The position numbers were made by a program, and so were the translations under genes. A stretch of DNA of 64,000 nucleotides. Origin: Psilocybe cubensis. Taxonomy: Eukaryota. Where the stretch lies: the NCBI GenBank assembly GCA_017499595.2, contig CM039002.1:1054001-1118000 (forward strand), in the 5' to 3' direction. Shown piece by piece: positions 1-14,500 of the stretch (the stretch's first letter is position 1; every line of letters starts with the position of its first letter). The notes below the pieces were generated by a model. It saw only the letters and a list, made by a program, of their open reading frames with translations. It ran no database searches and was not told the DNA's origin.

Positions 1-15
1 ACGATTGTAACGAAC

Positions 16-710
16 CAAAAGTGTGCCAACAGGACCAGCATGACGCAACGCTACAGAACAGTAAGATGTGGGTCCGCTAGTGAACAATCCATTAAGCGAC
101 TAAAAATACCCGTTGCGGTTCCAATGTATAGGCCAGTCCTAATTTTGGTAAAAATTCAGCTAATGGCCTCTGTCAAAATTAACGAATATATGATCCGCCT
201 CACCCAATGACACCACCTACATCCCCAATAATGAGGTCAAACCAGTTTCGGGATCCGATGAAGGGAGGAAACTCGCCTATTGATATGACACTGACTTCGT
301 GCAAAAAGAATTGAACACCATGCAAATATGCCACAAGTTGGTGTAATTTTCCCACTTACTATGTCTGATCATCAGAAAATAAAGCAAGTGAGTATACAAG
401 GACACAACGTGTTGGGTACAACGCACACCTTCGATTGATTTGAGGCGGAAGCTCTTGTCCGATCTCGCCCCATCTTCAGTAAACAACCGTATTAGATTCT
501 GCAGGAAAGGAGACTTTAAAACAGATTGAAGGCAAACCTTTCCTGATACTTCTCTATCCGTATTTTTGCTGCGTCGAATATGGGTCTTCTTGAATTGTGA
601 CTATTGGATCGAAGTGGTCGACCACTTGCACTTTGCCCCAGCGGTGAAGTGGATGAGTTTGTGGCAGGACTGACGGTTCGGACCCTGTTGCGCAGTTCAA
701 GCTGTTCCAT
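16..710 (-). CDS. Amino-acid permease (APC superfamily, yeast amino acid transporter family), 5' part; continues off the left edge
   Basis: Manually spliced exons 710-538, 473-429, 364-360, 294-277, 216-204, 138-110, 50-16 give ...QELPPQINRRHISVISIGGVIGTGLYIGTATALRHAGPVGTLL, matching the TM1 signature RHxxxIxIGGxIGTGL..G...L..xGP; all six introns are 59-65 nt. Confidence 0.9.
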
Positions 711-1960
711 GGACGGGTAGTGCGTGGGATACGGGAATGGAAAGGTAGAAAGGAAGGAATGAAAGATCAAATCCTTCGGGCGTCGTGGGCTGTTATAATG
801 ACTTGAAAGATGCCTATTCTGTAGTGCTGCCCCGACAGCGCGGATGTTTAGATTGAAATCATAGAACACAATGCAAACGGCCGAGCGAAAATAGTGACCC
901 AATAGAGATAACGTCAAAGATAGCCCCATTTTGACAGATGCTATTAGCGCGCAGTGGGGTGCGGAATGCACTCGTGTTCTTGGGTGCCGTGTGCCATCCC
1001 GACAGTATTCTTGCATGGGTGGACGCTATGCGCTCTAAAGCACGGGAATCAACAGAGATAGCAGTTATCCCCCGTAGTTTCTGATTCTGTGAGATTGAAG
1101 TCTAATGCCTCAGACAGTTCCTGAGAATTGGCACACCAGTTTGGGGCAGCCAGGCGCGCGATAGGACACCGAGGAACAAGCCTCCTCTATGTCCATCTCG
1201 AGTGATGCGAAGCGCAGAATGGGGAGAAAGCAAAACACGATAACAGAGCACAAAGTTAAACTTAGAATGTTACCCGAGAAAGATGGGGAGTAAAGGAACC
1301 AAAGAAAAAAATGGCGTATTAGAGTATGGAGCATGTCAAGCTCTCGGAGTCTCTCACCCTGTTGTCTGTTGTCCTGAGGTTAGTTATTCATGATCCGTTT
1401 TAATCTCCGTCAGGGGCTGTACCCAGAAAGATAAAACATCCGGCAGACACCTAAAAATTTTATGATTGGGACGAAGGTTGTGAACACCCACAATAAGATC
1501 TGTATTACATTGAATTCCATACGAACAATTCGCATGCCTCGCAAGACATTCCTCGGAAAAGGTTCGCGAAGAAGTGGTCAAAACTCCGTGGATTTGTGAT
1601 AATCAATGTAATTAGTGACTCGGGCAGTTAAACTGACAAGATATCGGTACTATAACACCCTTTGTCCCTTGGGTGATATCTTGAGTAGATAGTGCAGAAC
1701 TTCACAAGTTCACATAGACGGCATATTGGTATTCACTGAATTGGGGTTTCGACATCAAAGAAAGCGGTGAAGTCCTTATGATAATGTTTAGTGACTAGTC
1801 CTCATGGATCAGGTATAATAGTCGGAGATAGGTTGGAGAAGGAGTTGCGGTATCATATATTTCTGTAAAGAAAATATGGGTGTCCTCCAAGGACGGTATG
1901 GTGATAATGATTTCAACCCCTCACGGGCATGACCGATGGACTTGTAAAGCAACGTAACCT

Positions 1961-2953
1961 TCATGACTGCACTTCGTATAAGTGCTGTGCAACAATGTAA
2001 TCTGCGACGTCTCCTGTAACCAGTTTACGCCAAAGACTGTCGTGGCCCCATCCCAGGCTTCCAAGGGAACGACGGACCGTCGTCGAGCTGTATTTACTAA
2101 TTTCATCGCCTAAATCAATGGTGGCAATTTTTCCAGAGTCAATGAATTCTTTGGCAAGAGACATGGTGTCTTCTCCTAATGACTGAGATGCAATGTCTCT
2201 CCGTGCGCTTACGATGCGCGAGTTGTCGCCTTCCGGGGCTGGGGATAAGAATTTACGCAGCGACGCCATCATAGCCTCTTCAGAGGAATAATAACGTCGG
2301 GAGAACAGGCGTTCGAGAGTATCGTGACCAACCAAGAACGTAAGTTCTATGCCCTCTGGTGTGGGAGTCGGTGGAGGGATTGAAGCAAATCTGTGTTGAA
2401 GAAAGGCTAGCAATGCGTCTGACTTTCCTACAAATGTCGGTTCGTCGATGATAGCTATAGCGACATTTGCGTCTTGCAATGGCGTAGGTCGAGTCGATGG
2501 TTGCTCAGCGTCTCTCGTCACACTTGACGCAAGCAGGGTCATCATTTCGAGTCGTTGTTCGTATGTCGCGTCCCCTGGTTTGAGAGTCTTGTCTGCGTTC
2601 TTGACAGATAGTAGCAAGAGTTTTGCATCGTAGGAAGGAGTTTCCCCGTTTCCATTATTCGTATTCGTGCCTTGAGAACGCCGCGAGTTTGCTAGAGCAA
2701 GATGGGCAAGAGTTGGAGGGTTGAATGACGAATCCAGTATTGAAATTCTCAAAGGATGCTTGGCGTCGTATTGGCGTAGTACTTTGGTACGAGGAAGAGG
2801 CCATGTTGAATGTGGTATGGAGACCAGCTCCAGAGTAGAGAGTCCTTGCTGGAGCCGCTGAAGAAGCTGGGGTGCTGTACGACGAACGGTGGCCATCATG
2901 GCCTCGGCCTGAGAGCTTCCTGCCACTTCATGATCGAAGTCTTCCACCTGCAT
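1961..2953 (-). CDS. POF1: Pof1-like nicotinamide mononucleotide adenylyltransferase
   Basis: Intronless ORF with ILDSSFNPPTLAH, SVKNADK, PTFVGK, FLVGHDTLERLF..RYY and SSTTVR; start could instead be the ATG at 2899 or 2896. Confidence 0.8.
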   Translation of the reverse strand: MQVEDFDHEVAGSSQAEAMMATVRRTAPQLLQRLQQGLSTLELVSIPHSTWPLPRTKVLRQYDAKHPLRISILDSSFNPPTLAHLALANSRRSQGTNTNNGNGETPSYDAKLLLLSVKNADKTLKPGDATYEQRLEMMTLLASSVTRDAEQPSTRPTPLQDANVAIAIIDEPTFVGKSDALLAFLQHRFASIPPPTPTPEGIELTFLVGHDTLERLFSRRYYSSEEAMMASLRKFLSPAPEGDNSRIVSARRDIASQSLGEDTMSLAKEFIDSGKIATIDLGDEISKYSSTTVRRSLGSLGWGHDSLWRKLVTGDVADYIVAQHLYEVQS

Positions 2954-3225
2954 GCTGTAAGCGAGAGATGACCGATTTTGGTCGCAAACGACGAATACCG
3001 TCCAGGCGTCGAATAAGACCCACAAATCGCGTCGACGATGATCAGAGTTGGTGGTGGAGCATTACTGTCAGGGTCGATCCTTGAAGCGGTTTCGGTTCAT
3101 GGAAATACAAGCGAACTGGCAAGATAAGATTAGATTATGAATACTTCGGTTACAACCGACGATAATGATCGCCAAAATCCATTTCAAGTTCAATAGCACT
3201 CTCTTACTGACTATCCACATCCACC

Positions 3226-5262
3226 ATGTCCATTTCATTGTCCAAAGACGAAGATGGTTTCATCACCCCATGTAAGCCCGAATTGCTGCATATTGACGCG
3301 TTTGTAGTGACGTATCAAATATCGAATATCAGCTGTTTCCACTACGCCAGCTTCACCGAAGAAGGATGAGGAGCCTGCAGAAAAACAGAGTAAGTAAGAA
3401 TGTTCACTAGATTCTTGAACGCCCTGAACACGCAGAATAGAGACCACTAGCGAGCTGTTGACTTCGACCTTCGAAGTTATGGTGCGAAGATCAAATCATG
3501 TTGCATCTGGTTACTTAAATACTCAAATCTTACCCCACAGGTCACCCTTGCAGACCAACAGGTTGATCCAAATTCTCCGCTCTACAGCGTAAAATCCTTC
3601 GAAGAGCTTGGATTGTTAGTTGCACATTCAATATTCAGCAGAAACCACCATGCTTAACCCAGTTGCGCAGGAAAGAGGAACTTTTGAAAGGTCTTTTGGC
3701 TATGGGCTTCGATCAACCATCAAAGATTCAAGAGAGAGCTTTGCCACTACTTCTATCTGATCCGTCAGTCCCATTCTCTCCTTTAGCAGGCAGTTACTGA
3801 CTTCTGGAAATAAGACCGACAAACATGATCGGTCAATCACAGTCAGGGACAGGCAAGACTGCTGCCTTCGTCCTTACCATGCTCAGTCGTGTAGATTACA
3901 ATCTACACAAGCCTCAAGTACGTTATCGTAACTGTTGCTGGGTTATATGACATGTCCAATCCTGTCCATAGGCTCTATGCTTGGCTCCATCGCGAGAGCT
4001 TGCCCGACAGATCATGTCTGTCGTCACTGCCATGGGCAAATTCACTAGTGTTCAGACGGAATACGCGATCAAAGACAATCTTCCTAAAGATGCTACCAAT
4101 ATCACTGCCCAAATTATCGTTGGTACGCCGGGAACTATGATGGATCTGATGAGGCGGAAGGTGCGCAGTGTCAACGCTTGTTTAGGATTCGTACTTGACC
4201 CATTTCTAGGTTCTCGACGTGAGCCATGTCAAAGTGTTCGTGCTCGATGAAGCCGACAACATGCTTGATCAAGACGGATTGGGCGATCAGACACTTCGAG
4301 TAAAAAAGTATGCACATTCTACGTAAATACGAATCATCCTTGCTCAGTATTGACTGTATGTGCGCGTTCCAGCTCTCTCCCTAGACGCCAACCCATCCAA
4401 ATCATCCTCTTCTCTGCCACCTTCCCTGACAACGTTCGCGCCTTCGCCTCTAAATTCGCCCCCAACGCCAACAAGATCGAACTGCAGAAAGAAGAACTCA
4501 GCGTTGACACCATCAGGCAGTTTTACATGGACTGCAAAAATGAAGAGCATAAATACGACATTCTTGTGTCACTATACCAGCTTCTGACCATTGGCCAGAG
4601 TATCATTTTCACACAGGTTCGACATTTGTTTCGTTATTATATTTATGAGAAATTTGTTTATAACATTGCATTCCCTTACCTCATACAGCATCGTCATACT
4701 GCAGACAGGATTTCGCAGAGAATGACGGCAGAAGGACATAAGGTAGCATCCTTACACGGCGCCAAAGACGCTTCGGAGCGTGATGCTATTATTGATCGTT
4801 TCAGGGAAGGTCGTGACAAAGTGCGTACTCCCCCACATTTTTCCTCTTTCCACAAATCAAAATTTAATTGCAACTAAAACTGTATCTCTAGGTCCTCATC
4901 ACCACGAACGTCATCGCCCGAGGAATTGACATCATGCAGGTCAACATGGTCGTCAATTATGATCTTCCACTTATGAACGAGCGCGTCAAAGGGGGTGACG
5001 AGCGACCCGATATTGAGACCTATATTCATCGTATAGGTAGGACAGGTCGCTTTGGACGTAGGGGCATATCCATCAATTTTGTACACGACAAGAAGACGTG
5101 GCTCCAGATGGAACAAATCGAGAAAGCCCTGGGCAAGAAGATCATGCGTATAGAGACAAATGACTTGGATGAGATGGAAGCAGTACGTATCGTATTCGTG
5201 TTTTGATCTATTATGTATGCTGACGTACCCTACCCTAGAAAATGAAAGCAGCATTGAAATAG
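3226..5262 (+). CDS. DBP5: DEAD-box RNA helicase Dbp5 (mRNA export)
   Basis: Multi-exon; [58 protein letters not shown]; stop TAG 5260-5262. Confidence 0.93.
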
Positions 5263-5507
5263 TCATTTGGCTTGCAGCCAACCACTTATATACGATATGA
5301 CAAGAGGATAATGATACACATGTTGCATAGCTTCACAATCGTGAACTTACGAGTCGGCACCGAACCCTGGTGTAATCTTAGTCAGGTCAAGAGTTGAAGA
5401 AAAGATCTATTGGATATTATTAAAACAAGTAATTGATGGTATGTATGCTCTATATGACGACGAAAAGAAACTATGTAAAACAATGGGTCCGTGATGACGA
5501 GAAGAGA

Positions 5508-8500
5508 TCATGAGGTAGCCTGGGCAAACGCAATAGCAACAGTCTGAGAGGAATAAAGATCAGCAACTAATCCAGGACAAGCATAGATTCAACTTACCTC
5601 AGAGTGGCTTAGGGAAATCAAAACCTTGGAAACCCCCTTTTCTGTGGCCTTGATCTTGGCCTCGCCATGCAGACGTACAGTAGGAACACCGGATTCGTCA
5701 TTGATAATTTCGATGTCTTTCATGGCAGCGGCGGCGCCTTTGGATTTGACACCAAGGGATTTGAACACAGCCTCTTTGCCTACCCAACGTGCAGCGAACG
5801 ATGATGAAGGAGAGGGTTGAGATTGGCAGTATGAAATCTCAGCGTCGGTGAAATTACGAGCAATAAATGTAGGGTTATGCGTAGGCACGGAAGAAATCAG
5901 CTCTAAAAAGCAGCGAAATTAGTTTTGTCCAAATCACAATTTAGCAGGAACAAACCTTGATCAACACCAACTCCGAGGGGGGAGCCTTCAGAAAGGCTTT
6001 TGGCAGCAATGATATCAGAAACAGCCTTGACGTTAGCGGTGTCGTACGTCGCAACTTCAGGGAGTTTTCCTCGGAAGGTGTATTCGCCTGTCTTGGGGTC
6101 CAAGGATGCCCTAGCGACTGAGTTCAAAAGAACTTTGCCCTCCATATCACCCTGGTATGGCGGATGATCCTTGATCTTGACCAAGGAGTTCTTGATCATC
6201 ATCTCGCTCATCGCTTTATAGGACTGAAGGCCACGGAGACGATTCCTCTGTTTGTATTCGTTGTAGTATGCAGAGTCGAGAGAGCCAAAGAGGTAACGAG
6301 GATGAATGAACATGGCCGTTCCACCGACTTGACCGAAACCGAAGGAGGACTAGACAGTAGTGATGAGAAAAAGTATACGACCGTAATGATAAACTACACA
6401 CCATAACACCTGCGCGGATTCCATCCGTACGAATCGTCTTCGAGGGGAACATCAAGAAGTGGCGATCTTGGAAGTGAGAGTCAATGTTGCTAAAAGTATC
6501 ACATTAGCACAAGAATTAGGGTGGAAGTCATTCTGAAACACTTACTCGCTATTGCGATTCCCTGGAATTACACCCGTGATGACTGACTGCAAAAGACCAG
6601 CAGCTTGCCAGGCAGCAGATCCACCCTTGGCATGTCCAAGAATGCTCTTCTGCGCCACGATGGGGCAGGCATTCCCTGGAGATCGCGAAATGGTGGTAAA
6701 GATATCATTCCAGATGCGGGTCTCATTCTCCTCCTAAAGTTCGATAAATTAGTTACTACACGGAGAACAAAAAGAACTTCACGCACGTTGGCGTTGGTGC
6801 TAGTTCCATGGATAGAAAGAACACCAATGTCATCTGCAGTAAGGCCCCAAACAGCAAGAGCTCGGCGGAGAGGAGCAATGTGAGGATCAGAGCCCTCCAA
6901 CATTCCGTACATTGCAAGGGCATCCTTTTCTTGCTGCTTGGCCTCTTTCTCGATGTTCGCGACGCGCGTTGAAACATAGTCTTCGTCAACAGATTCGCCC
7001 GAAGCTTTGAGAGATTCAACTTCTTCAGTAAGCTGCGCGTGTTCATGGGCGAGCCACTGAGAGATTTGACTACGACGGAAAGAGAGTTGACGTGAGCGGT
7101 AAGCGATGTCCAAGATGCGGCGAGGATGCTTCGCGGGAATTTCTCTGGCAACAGTCAGAGCTCCACGACCTGGAGCAGGAACCGAACGTCCAGCTTTATC
7201 GCTACGAAGCATTGGCGTAAGCACATATAAAAAGCACAAACGAAAGAAAAACTTACGTGGAGGTTGAAGTGAAGGCAAGGATACCACGAATGGGAGCACC
7301 GAGTTCAAGAGCAGTCTTGGCATTCATGACGATGTGTACACCTGCACCTTGCGATTCCATGAATCCAGCGCGAGATGTAGTGGCAGGACGTGACATCTCG
7401 GTTGGCTCACGACCCATAGCAAATTCAGTCTCGGCATTGCTGGTTGCTTTCATGTTGGCGAATTCGTAGGATCCCTCTTCGCTGATATCATCGAAACCAC
7501 CAGCAATCATGACCTTTGCTTTGCCAGAGAGAATAGTATCGGCAGCAATCTCAAGGGATTGAAGGGCAGTGGCGCTACGTAGTCGAGATTAGTTAAAATC
7601 CTTAAGGCAAGACAGAAGAAAAGCATACCAAGCACCGACTGGAATCTTGACGGGTCCAGAAGAAGACATAATCAACAAGTTGATCCACCCAGCAGTGGTG
7701 TTGATGAAACTAATAATAATATCATCAATAAAAAAAATTATGAAAAAGCAATCAAAAACTCACGTCTCTTGAAGGATGTCGTTCTGAACTTCCTTCTCAT
7801 CGCGACGGTCCTTGAACATCTTGCCCATACTGACGGTACCACCCATACCACTACCAAGACATGTACCAACGTCGGAGGGATGCATGTGTTTGTATAGCTC
7901 ATATGGATCGGTGATACCAGAGGCGTTGAGAGCCTCAACAGTACCAACTAATGCCCAAAGAGTCAAACGATCAACTTGAGCGATGATATCGTCAGGAATG
8001 CCATAGCGGCCGGCATGCCAGCCAGTGGGCACTTGACCCGCCACAGTGCGACTGAATGAGAAGGCCTTGGGCACAAAGACGCAAGCACCTTTCTTGAATT
8101 TAGCGAACCATTGTCCACCTTCGCCTGCCCAGATGTCGCACTTGTCGCCGTGCTGCAATTTGAACTTCTGCGCCTCGCTGTCGGAGACCTCGATGGGTTC
8201 GAGATCATGGGTGAGCTCGATCTCCTGATTGAAGACCTTCTTCTTGGGGTCATAGCCACGGAAAAGTTCAGGCTCTGTGTGTAAGGTCAGATAAACATCT
8301 CCAAATGTTTTGTTATAGACGCACCAATCAATCGAATACCCGCATGCTCCAAGATCTCCTTTTCGTAACGTCCTCTAACATCCTTATCCTCGACCGGTTC
8401 GTTGGTCTTGCTGTCAACCCATCCAACATAAAGCGAACCATCCTTGAGACGGCCGTCAAAGTGCTTGATAAAGCCCATGAGCCAGGCCATTTCGATACAT

Positions 8501-11500
8501 CCCTCAATGGTGAATTCACCACGAGCCTCCATCTCCCAACGAGTACGAGAGCTGCCCCAAGGTCCGACTTCACCGAAGCCAGTAACAACGACAACCTTCT
8601 CGAGATCGATAAGCCCTTTGAGGTGGGCCAAGTCTGAAAGCGAGCTGGCAGATTCAAGGGCAGGGAAGTCGAACTTGAAATTAGCACGAGGCTGGACATC
8701 GACAGTCTTGAGGAGTCGTTCAGCTTCGACACCATTGATGACCTTGAAGTCGGCAGAGTTGTCTCGGGCGATAGCACGACGAAGGTCTGCCTTTTGGTTG
8801 AGTTTGGCACGGATACGGCCAGTGATGTCAGCGAGATCAGGGAGGCGATCCATTCCACCGTTCAAATCGGCCCAGATAGGCTCAACTTGGGTGATACTGA
8901 AGAGCAAAGGATGCATAAGGCCGAGAATGTTGAAGGCCATTTCTTTCGAGGAGAAAGTGCGAACACCATAGCTCTCGAGTTCGTGAGCAACGATATTGGT
9001 AGCACCCATAAGCCCAGTACCACGGGTCCATCTATCAAAAAAGTGAGATGGTTTAGAAGAATAAAATTATGCAGAGACTTACCCAATGACAGCTCCAGCC
9101 AAGCAAAGGTATTCACCCCAGCTCTCAGAAGCCCAACGTTGGAAGAGAGTCTCCAGGGAGATCTTGGACTCCGAGTAGAGACCATCGTTACCGAAGAGAC
9201 CATGGTTGGGAGAAAGGGGAAGGATGACTTGGGTTGGTCGAGTGACGAACTGGCGGCTGGCCTTCTTGTTCTTGACAGCACCCAAGATACGGAGGAGATT
9301 GACCAACATCATACGATGAGCCAACTCAGACTTGTCGTCAAGGCCGTCGATCTCGCGGCCATTCTCAGGAATACCAGCGAAGGGCAAGATGTAGTCGAGA
9401 TCCATGCCGAGGTTGGCGTAGATGTAGTCGACCAGCGCTTCAACATCTTGCTTAGAAGCCTGGTTGAAAGGAACGACAGTGAGAGCGGAGCCACGGCTAC
9501 CGAACGACTGGAAGATGGATTGGTAGTACTCGACTGTCTTGCGATTGTAGCTGGAAGTGGTTATGACAACGTGGGCGCCACCAGAAAGAAGACCTTTGAC
9601 GACCTCCACTCCAATGGAACCTTTGCCAACACCAGTCAAGAGAGCATTCTTGTCCTTGAAGGTGGTACCTGAGGTGGCGATTTCGTGCAGGATATCGAGG
9701 TAAACACCGGTCAAGTTGCTGCTGTATTCCCATGTGGCTCCAACTTTGCGCTTAAGGTGGAGAAGGGGAATCTTATCGGCCTCGATGGAAGTTACAGCAT
9801 TGACACCGGTAATCTGAGGACGTAAGAATTGAGATGAAGAGCGACGGCTACGAGGGGTGCTGGCACGAGCGGGACGAGGATCCGATGACTTGTGGAGGGT
9901 CTTGACAACACCTTCATACAAGGCCTTGATGCGGTTCTTTTGATCGGAACTGATCTCGGGCAGCGATTTGACGACAGTCCACAATTTGAGAACGTCATCC
10001 TGAACCTTTTGAATATTAACGGCACCAGAAACGGTGTCGCCGCTTGCCATCTCCTCGACGTAAGCCTCGAGTTTGCGCACGTTTTCCCGGACGACCTCGG
10101 AATACTTAATGTCACCCTTTTCGGTAACCTCGGTGTGAGGAGCAGTAGGGAAAGTGACTAAACGAATAATTATTAGTAAATGCGAAAGTAAAACAAATTT
10201 AACGCACCATCTTTGTAAACAGGAGGTTTTCCAAGAACCTCGCGTGTGTTATCGATAAGCTGTTGGCCGAACTCCTTCGCCAACTTGTATGTTTCACCCT
10301 TCGAAGCGTCGCAATGATCAATGTTGTACTGCATGTACTCCAACATGGCGGGATCGGCACGGTTAAGGAGAGCAATGCAGCGAGCAGTAATTTCGCGATC
10401 AACAGTGGTCAGCTTGCCGAAGATGATGTCGTAGAACATCAGCAAAGCATCTTGGCGAACCCAGTTCCACGATGAGTCGAAGTGGCGAGCCTTGAGAACG
10501 TCGAAGCGAGGTTGGATACCCTCAATGTAAGCATCACCGTGTTCTCGAGTAATGCTGTCCAACTTGGCCTGCAGAGCCAAATTGTCGGCCTTCTCTTTGT
10601 CGAAAGCAATCTCACCAGCACGAGAATCACGACCGAGTTGTCGCATATAGAGCTCAATCTGTTGAGCAGTGAACTTCTGTTGGTCGGCCTGGAACTTGAG
10701 GAACTCCTCGCTGTTGATGACAGCACCTCCTCCGCCTCCGCCTGCACCACCAGCAGCTCCAGGTGCAGAGAGAGAAATACCAGCGCGCTGAGCATAGATT
10801 GCAACAACACCATCGAGCCAAGTCTTGGCCTCAGCTTCGGAACCGAGACGTTTGGGAGGCTCAAGAGTGGTCGCGAGAAGGAGAACACCATCAGAACGGG
10901 CCGGTCCGAGACCCCAGGTCTTCGAGAGGTAGGCCTTGATAGCGGAAGCATTGAAACCACCAGGCATCTTGCCTCCAACAACACGAGAAATCAGCCCATT
11001 GCTGTACTTTCCGAGAGTGCCATTGAACCCGGTACCCAAAGCAGATCCAAGTTCCTCCAAAGGAAGCTCTTCACCCTTTTCAGGCGCCGAAGCAAACTCT
11101 TGCTGCAGGTCACCAAGAATTTCATTCTGGAGCGTCGACTTGCCACCGACGAGATCTTTGATGGTTTTGGAAAGAGGAATTTCGTCGATGCGCTTCTTCA
11201 ACTTCTGAGCAACGATGACGAGGAGAATGTCAATGGCCTTGACAGGAGCATCTTCAATGCTCGCGACAGGGCCAGAGGGGGCGGCAGCGGCGACGGGAGC
11301 AGCGGCCACTGGCGCAGCAGCTGCTGCAGCAGGAACAACAGCGGCAGCCTCAGCCTCCTGAGCCGCTGGGGCCTCAGCTTCATCCTCGTATTGATAATAG
11401 ATCTCCTTGACGTTCTTAGAGTGGCACAAAATAGTGCGAGTGGTGCTGACGGATCCATCAAGGGTCTCGTATTTGGCCTTCTGGGTGCGAACAGCCATAC

Positions 11501-14500
11501 CAGTCAAAGTAGGCGAAGGACCAAGCTCGATGAGACGTTCAAAGTTGAACCGAGTGAACAGGAGGTCCTGTGTCTCGATCCAACGCACAGGAGATGCGAA
11601 TTGGTAGGCGAGGAGCTCGACGAGAATGATGTAGGCAAGTTGTTGGCGGTTCTCGGGGCTATCCCACTGATCCTCTTCCCACTTCCTGAGGACCTTGTCG
11701 AGTCTGGGGGAAGAGGTCTGGTCGTAGATGATCTGCGCGTAGTCGCGAGACACCTGGAAGGGTTTGGCGATAAGATTAGGAATGTACTTGCCGACAAGCA
11801 TGTCGGGGTTGAGATGCTTCGCGTTGATCTTCTTGGAAAGGTCTAAACCGATGATTAGCAAAAATAAGAAAAAGAAAAAGCATTGATAGAAATAGCACTA
11901 ACAAGCACGGAAAGGCAACACACCAGCCCAGAGGTAACGCGAGTGGAAAGGCACATCAATACCAGGGAGAGGAATCGTAGCAAATCCACGCTCCAGCTTA
12001 ATGTACCCTTCAGCCTTCTGCTGCTCCTGCGCCTTCTCGAAGCACGACTTGACGATATCTCCAAGCATCTCCTTCACCTTCTCGACTGAATAGGTCTCGG
12101 TCAACTGTAGTAAATATGACTTTTAGTATGTGGCCGACAGAAGATTATTGAAAAGTTACCTTGGCAATATCAATCTTCTGAACCTTGAGGAAGTTCAAGA
12201 CGTTCGTCATAGTCTGCAGAGCAATAAGTTCTCCAGCGCAAACATATTGTTGACCCTAAACCAAAATACTTCAGATCAAATCCATCATACCAACAAAGAA
12301 AAAAAACACACCTCAACATTATAGTTGACAATCTCAAGCAACGTGTCCGAATTGGTCGCAATAGAATCAACAACCTCACGTAGAGCTGCATCGCTGAACG
12401 TAGGCGAAATGCGGCTAGGGTTAACAGCGCACATGGCATAATTGGAACGATTCTGCGAATCACGCTCGACAGCGCGCTGCATCGTGATACCACGGTAAAA
12501 CACAACGTCGACGAGAGCCGAAATGTGCAAAACATCAGCAATCGAAGCAAGAGCAGAGTACTCTCCCAACGAGTGTCCGGCAAAGGCGCAATCCTTCTGA
12601 ACAAATCCTTTGACGCGCATGTCCTCAAACGCAGCCTTCTCAGTGACGACGAGTGCAATTTGGGCAAACTGGGTAGCGAAGAGAAGGCCATTGGGATGGC
12701 TGAAAGTATACTTGGGTGTACGAACGTCGATATCGGCAAAGAGAGGAAGAGTCTTGACGTGCCCATCCTTATCCATAGTATCGTACGTCATATCCATGTA
12801 CCTCTGGCGGATAGCCTGGCCCTTGATACCACCGAAATGGATCGTCTTTTCCTTCGGGTTGTCCTTGACAATCTCGACGATCGAGAATCCATAGACAGCG
12901 AGAAGATGGGCATCGGCGCCATCCCAAACAGCACGAGCGGCAGGAGACGAGTTGTAAAGATCCATTCCCATTCCAGGCTCTTGCGAACCTTGACCGGTGA
13001 AAACGTAGACAGTACGAGGCTGCGAAACCTCCGCTGAGCCCTGGAGAACCTTCTCACCACGGTCATTGGTGCTCTCGACACTGACAACGATGTTTCCATC
13101 GCGCATGCCAATATGGCGAAGTTTAACTTCAAGGGTGTCTCCAGGGAGCACCATGCCGACAAAGTTGACATTATATCTACAATACAAAATATGAATGAGC
13201 AATGCAAACAGAACAAGTAAGAATTAAAACATACGCAATGACACGTTCAGGGTGTCCCTTCGCCACAATATTCTCAACATAACGGCGAGTAGCAGCGCTA
13301 GACCACAACCCATGCGTAATAGTCGCAGGCAAAGAAGCAAAGTCGGAGAAATAGGGGTTAATATGGATAGGGTTGAAATCGCCCGAAATCTTAGAATACG
13401 GCTCATTGGTCAACGGCGCGCGGAAAACGGTCGAAATCTCGGGGTTGGTAAGGGCGTATCCGTCGTTCGAGATGGGGGTGGTAAGCCCGAGAGGAGATCC
13501 ATGGCGTTGCAAGTATGCAAGAACAGGGTTTCCGTGCGAATCATCTTGCTGGAACTCAATCGAACCAACCTTGACAAGAGCCTTGATCTGGTTGCGGACA
13601 AAGACATCACCAGTAACAGACACGTTACGGAAGGTAGTCCTATCCTTGAACGAGACCTGAGACTGGATACGGAAGACGAGGGTTGTACCCGCAAGGAGAG
13701 GAGACGCTTCATTGTCCCATTCGAACCACTCCTTCGACATCAACACACCAACAGCGGCGTCGTTCTCGAGGTGAACAGAGTAGTCGGGCTCTTCAGTAGT
13801 GTCGAAGGTGTTCTCGTAATCATTGAAGCGTCCGCGGTAAAGGAACGCGGAAACAACTTCAATGACGCACTGGCCTTGTCGATAGACGTAGCCCTTGACC
13901 TTGACAGTCTTGCCCTCAGGCGCGTTAATGACAGAGACAATACGGGCCTCCGCCTTGCAAACATCTCCAACAGCAAGAGGCTGAGCACCGTCCACCATGC
14001 GGAATCCGTTCGAGAGGTGAACAAGCTTGAGCAAGTCACCGTCAATAGTAGCAGGGAAGATCGACTTCATAATAGCCTACACAAATTTGAACCATTAGAA
14101 TCCAAATAATTCAAGGTTTAGTAAAATCCCAAACGTACCTGCCACCCAGTGACAATCGCAAAGTCCATAGGAGCCTGCACCTTCTCATTACGCGCAGTCT
14201 TGAATGCCTCACCCTGATTACCAACAACAGCACAGAACCTCTCCACATCCTCCGCCTTAATAGTCACCTCCGGCCCAACAAACTTCTCCCTGATATCGAT
14301 CTCAGGCAAGGTCTCATTGTCGCCGTACCAAAGCTTCCAGTAGAACGCCTTGATGCGCTGATTGCGGTCCGCCGCAATCTCATGGATAGGCGCAAAGCCC
14401 TGCGACGGCTTGTACTCAAAGTGAAGGGAGAGGGGGATGGACGATCCGCGGCGCTCTTCAAAGAGCACAACAGTAATCGCCTTGGTCTTGGGCTCGAATG

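Noticed and set aside
516..1016. 166-aa ORF as a standalone gene
   Set aside because: Only 710-538 is coding (permease exon 1); the remainder is upstream or intronic sequence
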